Of a stretch of DNA of 64,000 bases, positions 16,821 to 30,029 are shown piece after piece. The notes below the pieces were generated by a model. That model did no database searches and had not been told where the DNA came from. It worked only from the letters and a program-made list of their open reading frames with translations. A program made the position numbers and the translations under genes. The stretch's first letter is position 1. Each line of letters starts with the position of its first letter. The stretch comes from Macrostomum lignano (taxonomy: Eukaryota): contig NIVC01002461.1 in NCBI GenBank assembly GCA_002269645.1, positions 48,384 through 112,383 of the forward strand. Direction: 5' to 3'.

Positions 16821-19800
16821 TCACTGCACACTGCAAGTGCTTGACGCGTTCTTTCCCAGCGCGGCCTTGCGCTTCTCAGCAACTTCGGGCGCCGCGCCGA
16901 AGCCGCTGTAGACGGCCGACATCGCCAGAGCAGCCTGGCGCAGCTTCATCCGGCCCTGGCCGCCGCCCGGAGCTGGCGCAGACAGGACCTTGTCCAGGTT
17001 GTCCACCTGGTTGTTTTGACAGAGTTTTCAACTAATTGATTGCATGTCCAGTTCCTGCTGACTCCTGAACACACGCAAGAGCGTCAATACTGTACTCAGG
17101 CACGCACTCAGGCACACGTTCAAAATTATTTTGAACAACTAACTAAAAAATTAAAGTGTTTAAGAATTTTGACAAATAAAATTAAAGAACTATGGAAATA
17201 TTACAATTACAGCATAATTACATTACTTGATTAACTGCAATTACCTCGATAGTTTCGTTGCCTTGTTTCTTAGCATCGTTTACCATTGCTTGGAGCTGCT
17301 TCTGCAAAGAAAAAATCATGTGATATTTTCTTCAATGAGTGGTCAAGGCGTCAAGAGCCCCAAAATTGGCCATAGATTTGTATTGATCAGGAGCCCCAAA
17401 TCAAGCATTGATTTCGTATAAGGCAATTAGAGCCCCAAATCTAACCGTTGATTTCGTATTAGTCAAACCAACTATAGATTTTGTAGTGCAGGTCGAGAGC
17501 CCCAACTTGACCATAGATTTCGTATTAGTTAAGAGCCCCAAATCGACTATAGTTTTCGTAGTACAGTTTGAAAGCCCCAGATCGGCCATAGATATGTATT
17601 TAACTCAAGGACAACTTGATCAAGTTATCAAGGCCGATCTTGATTTAACTCGTATCTAGAGCCCCAAATAGATCATAGATTTCGTAGCGCAGGTCGGGAG
17701 CCCCAAATTGACCATTGATTTGGTATTAGTCAGCGCCCCACATAGATAATAGATTTCGTAGTGCAGGTCGAGAGCCCCAACTCGACCATAGATTTCGTAG
17801 TGCAGGTCGAGAGCCCCAACTCGACCATAGATTTCGTAGTGCAGGTCGAGAGCCCCAAATCGATCATAGATAAATGTATCGGTCATGTAATTTCGCATCG
17901 GTAATGTAGCGGTCAAAAGAATACAGAAAAGTTTCCTACCAATTTAGCTTCGGATCGTTCATTCCTCTTTTTTAGCGAGTCCAGCTCCGCCCTAAGAGTT
18001 GCGACATCTTCACCTGTGGCTTGCTGGAATTAAACAGTTTTTTAAGGATTCTATGACTTCTAAGACTTCTATGTTTCGAAAAAAAATATTTGATGAATAA
18101 ATACTCGGTCGTTTCGACTCACTTTCGAGATGCTCTTCTTTTGAGCCTGCGGATTAGCAAAGCGAAATGAAAAAAATCATGAACAGAAGTTTACAGAGTG
18201 CAATTAAAGTGCAATTAAGATATTTAAAAAGATCTTAAAAAATCAGCCCTTCATCTCACCCCTAGAGCCTTCGCGCTCTCAGCTTGAGCCTTGCGCTTCT
18301 CCTTAATGAGCTCCTTGGTAGATTTGTTCACTTTCTTATCGCTACATCTCTGCTTGCCCCACAGCTCGACAATCGTGTAGGAGTGCTGCAGGTACTCCAG
18401 CAGTTGCTTTGTGGCCGGTTTAAACGAGTATTGATGCTCGAATTCGAAACGAGGATTCACTGGCTTAGCCACTTCGCCCGTTTTTGTGTATTGATCTTCC
18501 AGGTAGAACTTATACTGACAGAAGTACTGCAATGTGCGGTTGTGCGAGAGAGTGAGTTGTGGGGTGGGTGTCGCATAGTGGGTTGGGTGTCCCACAGTGG
18601 GGTGGGTGTCACATTGGATAGCGAGATGGGTGTCGCATTGGATAGCGGGGTGGGTGTCGCATTGGATAGCGGGGTGGGTGTCGCATTGGATAGCGGGGTG
18701 GGTGTCACATTGGATAGCGAGATGGGTGTCGCATTGGAGAGCGGGGTGGGTGTCACATTGGATAGCGAGATGGGTGTCGCATTGGAGAGCGGGGTGGGTG
18801 TCGCATTGGATAGCGAGATGGGTGTCGCATTGGATAGCGAGATGGGTGTCGCATTGGATAGCGAGATGGGTGTCGCATTGGATAGCGAGATGGGTGTCGC
18901 ATTGGATAGCGAGATGGGTGTCGCATTGGATAGCGGGGTGGGTGTCACATTGGATAGCGAGATGGGTGTCGCATTGGAGAGCGGGGTGGGTGTCAATGCA
19001 AAAGTTCGGCAAGCACTTACGCTTGCAAACTTAGCAGACAGGTCTCTACCGCCGTGAATTTTAATTTTGAAGTTCAAGGCCTGTCCAAGAAGGTCTTCTG
19101 GCTCGGCGTACTCATCCGTCAGCTCCTCCCAGTTGTCGCCGCAGGGTCTCAGCTCGATGTCCAACTTGCCCTGGTCTTCGCCGCGGAAGTCGGTGACATT
19201 GAAACTTTCGCTAACCTCAATTAGGTAGGCAAGGCTCTGCAGGTACACGTGAATGGTGCCAATGATGATTGGGGTGTCCGGCGGGTCCCAGAAAGGATCT
19301 TTCTCTTTGGCCAGCTCCCAGTCTGCCCCCTCAGTGTAGTTCTGGTACATGTCCTGCATCAGGTACTTTCGGTCGCTGAACTTTTCTTTGGACCAAAAGA
19401 ACTCGTTGTTGTTGTCCAGGTTTTGTACGCTGACGCAGACCTGAAATATTTATTGATAGGTCTTCTGAAGTCTAATTTAGTCACTTAATTTGGTTGGGTG
19501 AATGCTCGGTTCAGTGAATGCTCGGTTCAGTGAATGGTCGGTTCAGTGAATGCTCGGTTCAGTGCATGCTCGGTTCAGTGAATGCTCGGTTCAGTGAATA
19601 TCAAGTACAGAATGCTTCATCCCCAGGCTCACCTCAGTCCGGCCTTCGCCCTCTCTCAGTCCCCTGCCCTGGGCGGAGACCAGCACCAGTTCGAACCAAA
19701 CCCGCCGGTCCATCTCCTCAGACATGGCGTTGGCCTCTTGCAGCTGCGGGTACAGCTTCACCAAATCGTCCATGAGTAGCATGTCCTCTGGAATGAGTAG

Positions 19801-22800
19801 CGAATCGGGGAAAGCTTGGGTTTATGCTTGTTTGTTGAGTTAGCAAAGAACAGATGCTGGCAAACACCCGACACTCGGGTCCTCTGAAACTTCTCAGTAG
19901 CAATCCGACCCACTCAGATTAGCGTCTCTTCTCAGCTCTCCTCTCTTTTTTTCTTTCCTCTCCTCTCTCCTCTACCCTCTCCCCTCCCCCTCTCCCCTTC
20001 TCTCTCCTCTCTCTCATCTCCCCTCTCCCCTCTCCTCTCTTCCCTCCTCTCTCCCCTCCTCTCTCATCTCCCCTCTCCCTTCTCCTCTCTCAATTTCTCT
20101 CTCCCCTCCTCTCGTCTCTCCTCTCATCTCCCCGCTCGTCTCCCCTTTCCTCTCTCATCTCCCCTTCTCTCCCCTCTCCACTCTTATCTCCCCTCTCTCC
20201 TCCCTTATTCTCTCTCTGGCCCACAGTTATGCGGGCCAGATTCTATATCTGGCATTTAACTTAAAAAGTTTGCCGACCCCAGACAGACTGACCTGCACTG
20301 TTGCTCTTGGCCTTGTCACCCAACAGTCCCATCACCCCGGAACTCTCAGCAATCTCAGACTGGGCCTCTTCAAATGTCGGCGGCGAGACGTCCTGCCCGG
20401 ATTTGACCTGCTTCGCGTAGTCAACCGGATGATGGAAGACGTACAGGTGATTGGTCCCGAACAGGACTCGGTCGTGATGGCGCAGCTGAGTCTCCTGGTT
20501 CACCTCCTGGCCGTTGACGAACACTTTGGCGAGATCGATAGGCGTTACCGTGACAGAGCCGTTGACATTCTTCAGAACAGCGTGTCTGGCTTGGATGCTG
20601 TTGTTAAGGGCGAGGAGGTGGAACTTTTTAAGTTCAGTAGCAATCGAGTGGCTTGGTGTAACGGAGTGGGATGGGTGTCTAAATGATTAGGGTGGTTGTC
20701 TAAGGGAGTGGCTTTGGGTGTCTAAGGGAGTGGGGTGGGTGTCTAAGGAAGTGGGGTGGGTGTCTAAGGAAGTGGGGTGGGTGTCTAAGGAAGTGGGGTG
20801 GGTGTCTAAGGGAGTGGCTTTGGGTGTCTAAGGGAGTGGGGTGGGTGTCTAAGGAAGTGGGGTGGGTGTCTAAGGGAGTGGGGTGGGTATCTAAGGGAGT
20901 AGGTTGGTGTCCAAGGGAGTGGGGTGGGTGTTTAAGGGAGTGGGGTGGGGTGGGGTGGGTATCTAAGGGAGAGGGGTTGGGTGTCTAAGGGAGCTAGTGT
21001 GGTGGGTGTCTAAGGGAGTGGGGTGGGTGTCTAAGAAAGTGGGTGGGTATCTAAGGGAGTGAGGTTGGTGTGCAAGGGAGTGGGGTGGGTGTTTAAGGGA
21101 GTGGGTGGATGTCTAAGGGAGTGTGGTGGGTGTCTAAGGGAGTGGGGTGGGTCTAAGGGAGTGGGGTGGGTATCTAAGGGAGTTGGGTGGATGTCTAAGG
21201 GAGTGTGGTGGGTGTCTAAGGGAGTGGGGTGGGTATCTAAGGGAGTGGGTGGATGTCTAAGGGAGTGGGGGGGGTCTTTGTCAAACGAAACTTTGACTTT
21301 TCTCTCACTTGACTCCCTTCAGCTGGAAGTCGCCGTCTCTGCCCACAGTCTGCACGGCTCCGGGATCAACGAATTGCACGATCATGCCGGACAGAGCTGC
21401 GTCCTCGTTAAGATTCCACAGATGCGGCACGTTCTTCTTTCGCTCGCTCTCCGCTTTTCGCTCCTGAATTTGTTCCTGCGCTTCTGCCTGCGCCTGGGCC
21501 AGCTTCTCAGCCCAGGCTCGCTCCATCGCTTCCATCTCCTCTTGATTCTTCTTCATCAGCTCGCGCATTCGCTCCTCGGACTCAGCCTGGTCCTCGCCGG
21601 TGTCACCGCCGCCGTCGGTGATGTCCCCGCCGCCACCTCCTCCTGCCTTGAGCATCGCCATCAGTCTGGAGTTCTCCTCTCTGAGCTCCCGGATCAGCTT
21701 ATCAGTTGGGCTCTCGTTCACCACGGCTTTAGTCTTGATGGCTTTGGCTCGATCCGCGAAGCGCAGAGTTGACAGGGTCTCGTCGAAGTTGATGTCGGCG
21801 GGAGAGAGGGCGGCGATCTGCAGTAGGGACGTTTGATGGTGTGGGTTTTTAAATTTGATGGTGTGGGATTTTAGTTTGATGGTGTGGGTTTTTGGTTAAA
21901 TGGTGTGGGTTTTTGGTTTAATGGTGTGGGTTTTTAGCTTGATGGTGTGGGATTTTAGTTTGATAGTGTGGGTTTTTGGTTTGATGGTGTGGCTTTTTGG
22001 TTTGATGGTGTGGGTTTTTAAATTTGATGGTGTGGGTTTTTTAATTTGATGGTGTGGTTTTTGGTTTGATGGTGTGGGTTTTTTAATTTGATGGTGTGGT
22101 TTTTGGTTTGATGGTGTGGGTTTTTGAATTTGATGGTGTGAGTTTTTAGTTTGATGGTGTGGGTTTTTGGTTTTATGGTGTGGGTTTTTGAATTTGATGG
22201 TGTGAGTTTTTAGTTTGATGGTGTGGGTTTTTGGTTTGATGGTGTGGGTTTTTTGGTTTGATGGTGTGGCTTTTTGGTTTGATGGTGTGGGTTTTTGAAT
22301 TTGATGGTGTGAGTTTTTAGTTTGATGGTGTGGGTTTTTGGTTTGATGGTGTGGGTTTTTTGGTTTGATGGTGTGGCTTTTTGGTTTGATGGTGTGGGTT
22401 TTTGAATTTGATGGTGTGAGTTTTTAGTTTGATGGTGTGGGTTTTTGGTTTGATGGTGTGGGTTTTTTGGTTTGATGGTGTGGGTTTTTTAATTTGATGG
22501 TGTGGTTTTTGGTTTAATGGTGTGGGTTTTTGGTTTGATGGTGTGGGTTTTTAGTTTGATAGTGTGGGTTTTTGGTTTTATGGTGTGGGTTTTTGAATTT
22601 GATGGTGTGGGTTTTTGGTTTGATAATGTGGGTTGTTGGTTTGATGGTGTGGGTTTTTAGTTTGATGGTGTGGGCTTTTGGTTTTATGGTGTGGGTTTTT
22701 GGTTTGATGGTGTGGGATTTTTAATTTAATGGTGTGGGTTTTAGTTAGATGGTGTTGGATTTTGGTTTGATAGTGTCGTTTTAATCGTTTTGTAGTGAGG

Positions 22801-23365
22801 GGGTTTGCTACAGGCTACATTCACCGCTGTCACAAATTGTCATCAAGAAGAGCCTACCATGACAGTTTTACTGTTGCCTCCAAGAGCATTCTGCAGCAGC
22901 TTGGTCAGCACGGAGTCCCTGAAAGGGACTGGAAAAGGAACAAAAACGATTATAATCATAATATTCACAATCAGAATATAATTAGAACGCACAAAGGTTG
23001 ACACTGACCCATCACTTTGGAGTTTCCCGAGCTCTGATCCGCCAAAGCTTTGATGCAGTTGCCCAGCGTGCTGAGCGACAGATTGATGGCGGATCCCTCC
23101 TTCAGGCGGTCCCCTGTGGCGCCAGTTGATTCCGCTCGCTCGCTGCCGGTTGGTAAGTAGTTAGCAGTAGTGTGTTTCGCTTGTTTAGGTTTCAATCACT
23201 TATAATTTATTTAGACATATAAATAGGCGAATAACTAACTTACTAACTGACTGACTAACTAACTAACTAACTGACTAACTAACTGTCAAACTAACAGACT
23301 AACTAACTGACTAATTAACTAACTAACTAACTAACTGACTAATTAACTAACTAACTAACTAACTG

Positions 23366-23396
<31 letters not shown>

Positions 23397-25246
23397 GACT
23401 AATTAACTAACTAACTAACTAACTTACTGACTAACTAACTAACTAACTTTATCCTCACCTGCCAGCCAAGTCCACCAGATTCATAACCGAAGTTTTGGTC
23501 ATGTTTTGACCACCGGCGCCTTGGCTCTTCTGCACGAAGCTGATGGCCACAATGGTATGCGCCCGGCTGCTGGTGGCGTTCATGTTGGTGGCCGCCACAG
23601 TGCGGTTGTGCGAGCCGTCCGCAATTTTGGCTTCAATCTGAGCATAGCTGCTCACGGGTGCGATAGTCAGCTGCTCAACGTAGAAACCTTTTTTTGGATG
23701 CTGACGAACTTTGAGTCCGCCAACCGTGGATTTAGTTACTAGCAGGTCGCGCACCTGCTCATTGTAGATCTCAGTCATGGACAGGGACACTTGGAACTCC
23801 TCTCCAGCCTGCAAACTCGGCCGTTTCTCGTCTATTGCCCGGAACAGTTCTTCGCACGCGACGGGCACAATGCCCTTGTTAGCGCCGTAGCCAATCATTG
23901 AGTAGGACTTGCCGCTGCCAGTCTGACCGTAGGCGAACAGGCTGCAGTTGTAGCCTTTCCACGCGTTGTCAAGGACGCCCCGGCCAAGGTCGTCGAATAC
24001 GCGTTTCTATGCATGTTATTCGGCAGCATGAATCGCGATCGAGTTATCTTGATGGGGACTAAATCAGGGGTCGGCAAACTTTTTACCTCAAGGGCCCAGA
24101 TAAAAAGATGAAAGAAGGTATGAGAGGTGAAAGACGAGATAAGAGATCGATGAGAGAAGAGATGAGAGAAGAGAGAAGAGGAAAGGGAAAAGACAAACCC
24201 TGAGCTATTGTGAAGTTCCAAAGTACCCGAGGGCCGGATAGAGAGGTTTTTCAGGCCGGAGTTTGTTAACCCCTGGGCTAAATTGATAAGTACCTCGTAT
24301 AGGCAATTCATATAAGCATTATACATACTAGAGTTTATCCAGATAGTAATTATTGCTGTACCGTAATTAAGACAAATTAGTTTATAAAGAAATCTTATCT
24401 TTTTTTGGCGGTTAACCTACAGTCTTATCTGAGACATATTTGATTTAGATAGAAATTCAGCCAAAATGTTTCATTACTTAGCTAATTATTCTGAATTAAA
24501 ACGAATGGGAAACCCACCTGATCAGCATATTTAGAATTGGCGGGCTCCAGGTAACCATCTGTCTTCTCTTTAAATCCATCGTGCGACCAATAGGAATAGT
24601 CGAATGCAAACTTTTTATCCTGACCTGAACTCGGATCCGTGATGCAGGTCTGGTTGCCGCTCATCTGAATGATCAGCTTGCTCTGCCGGCTGACTTCGCG
24701 GTCATTGTGTCAGAATATTAAGTTTGCGAATAGAGTTAAGGAGTTAAACATATAAATATTTTTGAGTTGAACTCAACTTAAGTTGAACCTAGAGATGAAA
24801 AAATACATACCTATGAATACAGTTTCAATAGAAAGACACAATTTCAAATAAAAAGTAAAGGATAAAAAAAATAATAACAATAATAATAATAATAATAATA
24901 ATAGTAATGATATAAATAATATTTTATTTAAACTTTTTACTAATTAAAAATGATTCATCATACCCTTATTAATGTTCGCTACTTGCCTGTAACAACAATA
25001 CCCATAAAATAAAGTAAGATTTTATAGATTTTTTTACAATTTCTCATCTAGGTTTTTGCCCTGCAGAGTAGTGCTGCTTTCAATCGTATGCAAACGAGAA
25101 CATTTTTGATCATACATACTATGGTATTGGCAAAAAAAATTAACAAAATGAATTAAGTGGCATTGAAGTTTTAAGTATATTTAAATTGAATGACAAAAGG
25201 ATATGAATGGCCGCACACGGACTGCAACCTTTACGTTGTCGGCCAT
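16821..25246 (-). CDS. KIF28: Kinesin-3, KIF28/KLP-6-like (motor, FHA, C-terminal region), 13 coding exons, 975 aa
   Basis: Exons 25246-25205, 24706-24518, 24006-23459, 23142-23009, 22928-22858, 21817-21309, 20597-20293, 19787-19633, 19440-19021, 18526-18260, 18023-17940, 17301-17284 and 17006-16821 give 2928 nt in frame. Motifs: [35 protein letters not shown], an FHA-like segment and FWDPP. Family is secure; the KIF28 subfamily call is from memory. Confidence 0.9.
17350..17870. repeat. ~39-bp minisatellite in kinesin intron 11
   Basis: Unit gagccccaactcgaccatagatttcgtagtgcaggtcga. Confidence 0.9.
18585..18995. repeat. 24-bp minisatellite in kinesin intron 9
   Basis: Unit gtgtcgcattggatagcgagatgg. 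Confidence 0.95.
19495..19600. repeat. 16-bp minisatellite in kinesin intron 8
   Basis: Unit aatgctcggttcagtg. Confidence 0.9.
19920..20215. repeat. CT-rich low-complexity tract in kinesin intron 7
   Basis: Nearly pure pyrimidine on the + strand. Confidence 0.9.
20645..21270. repeat. ~21-bp G-rich minisatellite in kinesin intron 6
   Basis: Unit taagggagtggggtgggtgtc. Confidence 0.95.
21833..22775. repeat. ~21-bp GT-rich minisatellite in kinesin intron 5
   Basis: Unit ttttggtttgatggtgtgggt. Confidence 0.95.
23230..23447. repeat. (AACT)n microsatellite in kinesin intron 3
   Basis: Direct reading. Confidence 0.95.
24707..25204 (-). other. U12-type (minor spliceosome) AT-AC intron 1 of the kinesin gene
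   Basis: 5' site ATATCCTTTT follows [14 protein letters not shown]. Branch point TCCTTAAC at 24742-24735. 3' AC at 24708-24707. Removal restores RVRPF/NDRE in frame. Confidence 0.92.
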
Positions 25247-27179
25247 CGAGTCGTTTGACCTTTGGGATGGTGTAAGACGGAGACAAAATAATTGTGCAAT
25301 TCTTTTTCAGTTTGAAAACACTAATATCCATCGAAAATACTCAATACAGCTTCTACATGCATCTACAGAAAACGGTTATGCAGTATAAAAAATAATAAAC
25401 TACAAAAAATATTTTTATTTTGTATTACGTAAAAATTCCAAAAATATACCGATTTTTTTGTTATAACTGCTTGCGTTGCATAAAACCGGGCACAGCAATC
25501 TTAATTTTCTATGGTGACGACCTACTGATCTGAAGCATTATATCTAATACTTACTTACTTAGACCTACCTACTTATGCTCCTTGGTTCCGTAGCGTAACA
25601 TAAAAAATGAATTAAAAATTTTCCGACAGTTTCTCATGAAAAGTGGATGTAGCTTGGTAGTTCTTTAATTTATGCTCACAATTCCAGACTTCTTTATGCA
25701 GTTGAAGCATTTAAACCATTAATCAATGGATTTTTATCATACTTCAATTTAACTTGATTACTTGTAGAAGCTAAGAAGTAACTCTAAATATAGACATAAC
25801 TATTGGAAAATGTGTTATATGTACAAAATACATGTATTGCGCTTTAATACTCGTAGAATTCAGCTTCGATGGCATGCACGGCTTAGAAAATAGCAATATC
25901 TACTTAAATTTTACAGTGCCATGTTTGAAGTTTAAACTTCCAAATAATTACATGTGTACATACGTGAGTCAAAACATGCAGGGGGGTCTTGTACGCGTAC
26001 ATCAGACACAAGGACAACAAAAGCAACGTATATACATATGTACTTTAGAAGTCTTTGATCCGAAATCAGTTACTGTATTTGCATGTATTCATGCATATCA
26101 GCATGCAGAGCGTTCATCATCAAGCTGATCTGTAATCCCACTGTCAAGTACTGCAAGAAAGTCAAATCTTTTGTCACATTGTCTAGACATCAATGGACAA
26201 CTTTATGATCATGCACTCGGGCGTGCAGTAAGACAATTAACGCGAGCATGTGATAAAGACTAATTGATTCAGGCAAAAAATGTTCTGAGCACAGAAAAAC
26301 AAAAAGAAATAATTTATATTTCAGGCCGAATGCTCAACGCCTAACTACATGCAGTGTAAGGAACAAAAATTATTATATACATGTAGATTATTTTATACGG
26401 CATGGTAAGTATATATAAGCTCAGACCGGAACTCTGATTGCTCATTATTCAATATAGGACACAAATAAAGAAGTTTTCTGAAATGCTAAAAATGTAAATT
26501 GTTTACGATGCTTATATTTAGTAATTATAGAATCAAGCAAATCTACACGTACCCTCGTATAGGCCCATAGTACGAAGTATTATAATTTTTTCTCTATAGA
26601 TCAGCTATATAACTCAAGAACAAACGACCCAGGAAACCAAAAAAAGACGTGCAATTTCGTGACTTTTTATTCACAGCCTCCCGACAAAAACTGCAGTGTG
26701 AATCAACTATCACAGGGAGATCGTGCTTCTCTGTAGCTTTGTAGCCGTTGCAAATTTACGCTTAGACAGTTGCAGTGGGGGTCTCAGCGAGAGTCCCTCC
26801 GACGCCTTTACCGCTGGGACGAGCTTCACTGGCGGCCCGATTACTACGCTGCACACTATAAATTAGCAACTCTGTTGATTCATTACAGTTTTTTATGAAC
26901 GTAATAAGTAAAAATCTCTGGAAATTTTACACAATTTACTTTTAGTTGGGCAGGAGACTATGGGACACATTTATCAGACAATACAAATAAAATAGCCGTA
27001 TTTTTAGAATCGCAACATGCGAGTATCAGATCGAGCATACACAGATTGCTGACGCAAATTTCAAGCGGGAAAGAGAGCGCAATTAAAATGAGATTAAGAC
27101 GGCCGGACTGCGATTCGAAAAGTTGACAAGCAAATTTAGATTTTATATATTAAGAGATAAAAGCCTAAGTTAGGAGATG

Positions 27180-28720
27180 AGGGGAGAATTTGGGAGAGGA
27201 TGAGAGGAAGTAGAGATGAAAAGGAGAAAAGAAAAAAGAAAAACACATTGAGACGGTAAAAGTTGAGAGGGAGAAAGGGAGAGGGGAGAGGAAGAGAGGG
27301 AAATAGGGAAAGAGGGAGAGAAGAAGAGGAGGGAGAGGAGAGGGAGGGAGGGAGAGAGATCGAGAGGGGGAGATTATGAGAGAGAGGAAGAGATGGAGAG
27401 GGGGGGAGAGGGAGAGAGGGAGAGAGGGAGAGAGGGAGAGAGGGAGAGATGGAGAGATGGAGAGGGAGAGAGGGAGAGAGGGAGAGAGGGAGAGAGGAAG
27501 AGAGGGAGAGAGGGAGAGAAGGGAGAGAGGGAGAGAGAGGAGAGAGAGGAGAGGGAGAGGGAGAGGAGAGAGGGAGAGAGGGAGAGAGGAAGAGAGGGAG
27601 AGGGAGAGGGAGAGAGGGAGAGAGGGAGAGAGGGAGAGAGGGAGAGAGGGATAGAGGGAGAGAGGGAGAGAGGGAGAGAGGGAGAGAGGGAGAGAGGGAG
27701 AGAGGGAGAGAGGGAGAGAGGGAGAGAGGGAGAGAGGGAGAGAGGGATAGAGGGGGAGATTATGAGAGAGAGGAAGAGATGGAGAGGGGGGGAGAGGGAG
27801 AGAGGGAGAGAGGGAGAGAGGGAGAGAGGGAGAGAGGGAGAGAGGGAGAGAGGGAGAGAGGGAGAGAGGGAGAGAGGGAGAGAGGGAGAGAGGGAGAGAG
27901 GAAGAGAGGGAGAGGGAGAGAGAGAGGGAGAGAGGGATAGAGGGAGAGAGGGAGAGAGGGAGAGAGGGAGAGAGGGATAGAGGGAGAGAGGGAGAGAGGG
28001 AGAGAGGAAGAGAGGGAGAGGGAGAGGGAGAGAGGGATAGAGGGAGAGAGGGAGAGAGGGAGAGAGGGAGAGAGGGAGAGGGAGAGAGGGATAGAGGGAG
28101 AGAGGGAGAGAGGGAGAGAGGGAGAGAGGGAGAGAGGGAGAGAGGGAAAGGGAGAGAGGGAGAGAGGGAGAGAGGGAGAGAGGGAGAGAGGGAGAGAGGG
28201 AGAGAGGGATAGAGGGAGAGAGGGAGAGAGGGAGAGAGGGAGAGAGGGAGAGAGGGAGAGAGGGAGAGAGGGAGAGAGGGAGAGAGGGAGAGGGAGAGAG
28301 GGAGAGAGGAAGAGAGGGAGAGAGGGAGAGAGGGAGAGAGGGAGAGAGGGAGAGAGGGAGAGAGGGAGAGAGGGAGAGAGGGAGAGAGGGAGAGAGGGAG
28401 AGAGGGAGAGAGGGAGAGAGGGAGAGAGGGAGAGAGGAAGAGAGGGAGAGGGAGAGGGAGAGAGGGAGAGAGGGAGAGAGGGATAGAGGGAGAGAGGGAG
28501 AGAGGGAGAGAGGGAAAGGGAGAGAGGGAGAGAGGGAGAGAGGGAGAGAGGGAGAGAGGGAGAGAGGGAGAGAGGGAGAGAGGGATAGAGGGAGAGAGGG
28601 AGAGAGGGAGAGAGGGAAAGGGAGAGAGGGAGAGAGGGAGAGAGGGAGAGAGGGAGAGAGGGAGAGAGGGAGAGAGGGAGAGAGGGAGAGGGAGAGAGGG
28701 AGAGAGGGAGAGGGATATAG
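27180..28720. repeat. GA-rich microsatellite (gggagaga)n
   Basis: Almost pure purine on the + strand. Confidence 0.95.
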
Positions 28721-28748
28721 GGTCTTGCAGAGCAGCTGTCAGTCCAGT

Positions 28749-29081
28749 TCACTTCTTAGCTCCGTGCTGATGCTGATGATGGATTTTCCCCACCGCATTG
28801 CCCACCCGGATCCCTCTCGGCCGACTGCCGTCGTTAGCGAAGTCGCTGGCGTCGGCGGCGCCACCGGTGGTGTCACTGCCGCGACATTTTTTGCAGTAGC
28901 AGGAGACGGCGATGGCCACAATGAGCAGCAAGACGGCAGCCCCGATGATGAGGTAGTGCCACCATTCCAGCTTCACGGCCTGCTGCGCAGCGGCAGATTC
29001 TGGCTGCAGAAGCAGCAGCAGAAGCAGCGGTGGCCAGAAATTAGCGAAAGAAATCGCAAATTGCAGACTGGCGGCTCGCAT
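28749..29081 (-). CDS. Small single-pass membrane protein, ~110 aa
   Basis: From ATG 29081: signal-like hydrophobic N-terminus ([16 protein letters not shown]), TM helix [20 protein letters not shown], juxtamembrane SCYCKKC and a short tail. Confidence 0.65.
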   Translation of the reverse strand: MRAASLQFAISFANFWPPLLLLLLLQPESAAAQQAVKLEWWHYLIIGAAVLLLIVAIAVSCYCKKCRGSDTTGGAADASDFANDGSRPRGIRVGNAVGKIHHQHQHGAKK

Positions 29082-29424
29082 TTTGGCTAGATTGGACTCA
29101 GCTTTGGGAATCTGATAATCTGATAGATGAGGAGAAATCTTTTGTCTTCTGCTTTCAGCTAAAGCGATGGGGTTGGTAGGCGGTTGCACCTGGCCCTAAC
29201 CGGATTTTGATTGGCTCCCCACGTCATCCATTTTTATTAATTCGGAGTCGAAAACTCCCATAATAGAAGTCGAGGGGAAAGCATATCGATCGGGAAGTTG
29301 TGGGCCACGGCCTTTCTCTTGTGTATTTAGCTGCTATAAAAGTGCATCAATCTGTACGATGATTGCTGAGAACATGCTGTGTAGCGAGACGAGAGTTTGC
29401 CTGTCCTGTAAGATCGATGCATAA

Positions 29425-29790
29425 GGGGGGCCGTAGCCCAGCGCGGTAGTGCAGCTGCTCTGGTGTGCCAGCGACCCAGGCTCGATTCCAAGTGCAGTCG
29501 CATTAATTTGGGGCTGAATTGGAATCTCGGCTTGGCTCTGCTCGTGCAATTAACGGTCTTGAGAGCCAACCCCCCAAGGCGCAGTGAAGTGTACATGCCT
29601 AACGATAAAATAAAGTTAGGGCCGCTGTACACTCCTGTGTGAGTGTGTGCCTGCGCACGTATCCGCGCACTTGTGTGCCTGCTCAGGGAAGTCGGCGGAA
29701 TGGGCAGTAATGCCTCTCGCCGGTTGTGTGCCTATGTCGCTTAAAGTGCGCCAGGGTGCATACAGCCTCCTGCCTCCAATAAAAAAAGAT
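29425..29790 (+). mobile_element. tRNA-derived SINE, family 2, copy 1
   Basis: A-box-like tagcccagcgcggtag, B box ggctcgattcc (29479-29489), body shared with 34949-35272, and an A-rich tail. Confidence 0.75.
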
Positions 29791-30029
29791 CGATGCATGA
29801 ATCTGGTTATTAAATTCTGTTGACAGTCAAGCCTCTGGCTAACCTGGGACATTGTATGCATTATTGTTTGCATTAAATTATTCAAGCTGGCTTCTTTGCT
29901 TTTAAAAAAAAGCTATTTTAGGGGGTGGGGATTAGATTATTTCTGGTTGAATTCATTTACGCTGTAGGGCTTCTTCGAATTAGAGAGGTATAGTGGGATG
30001 ATACTAGTATAGATTTGATTACGGACACA

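Noticed and set aside
20598-20611. cccttaac next to the kinesin intron 6 acceptor as a second U12 intron
   Set aside because: The donor is GTGAGA (U2-type), not RTATCCT.
27376-28752. RE/GE-rich and SLSP ORFs
   Set aside because: GA microsatellite.
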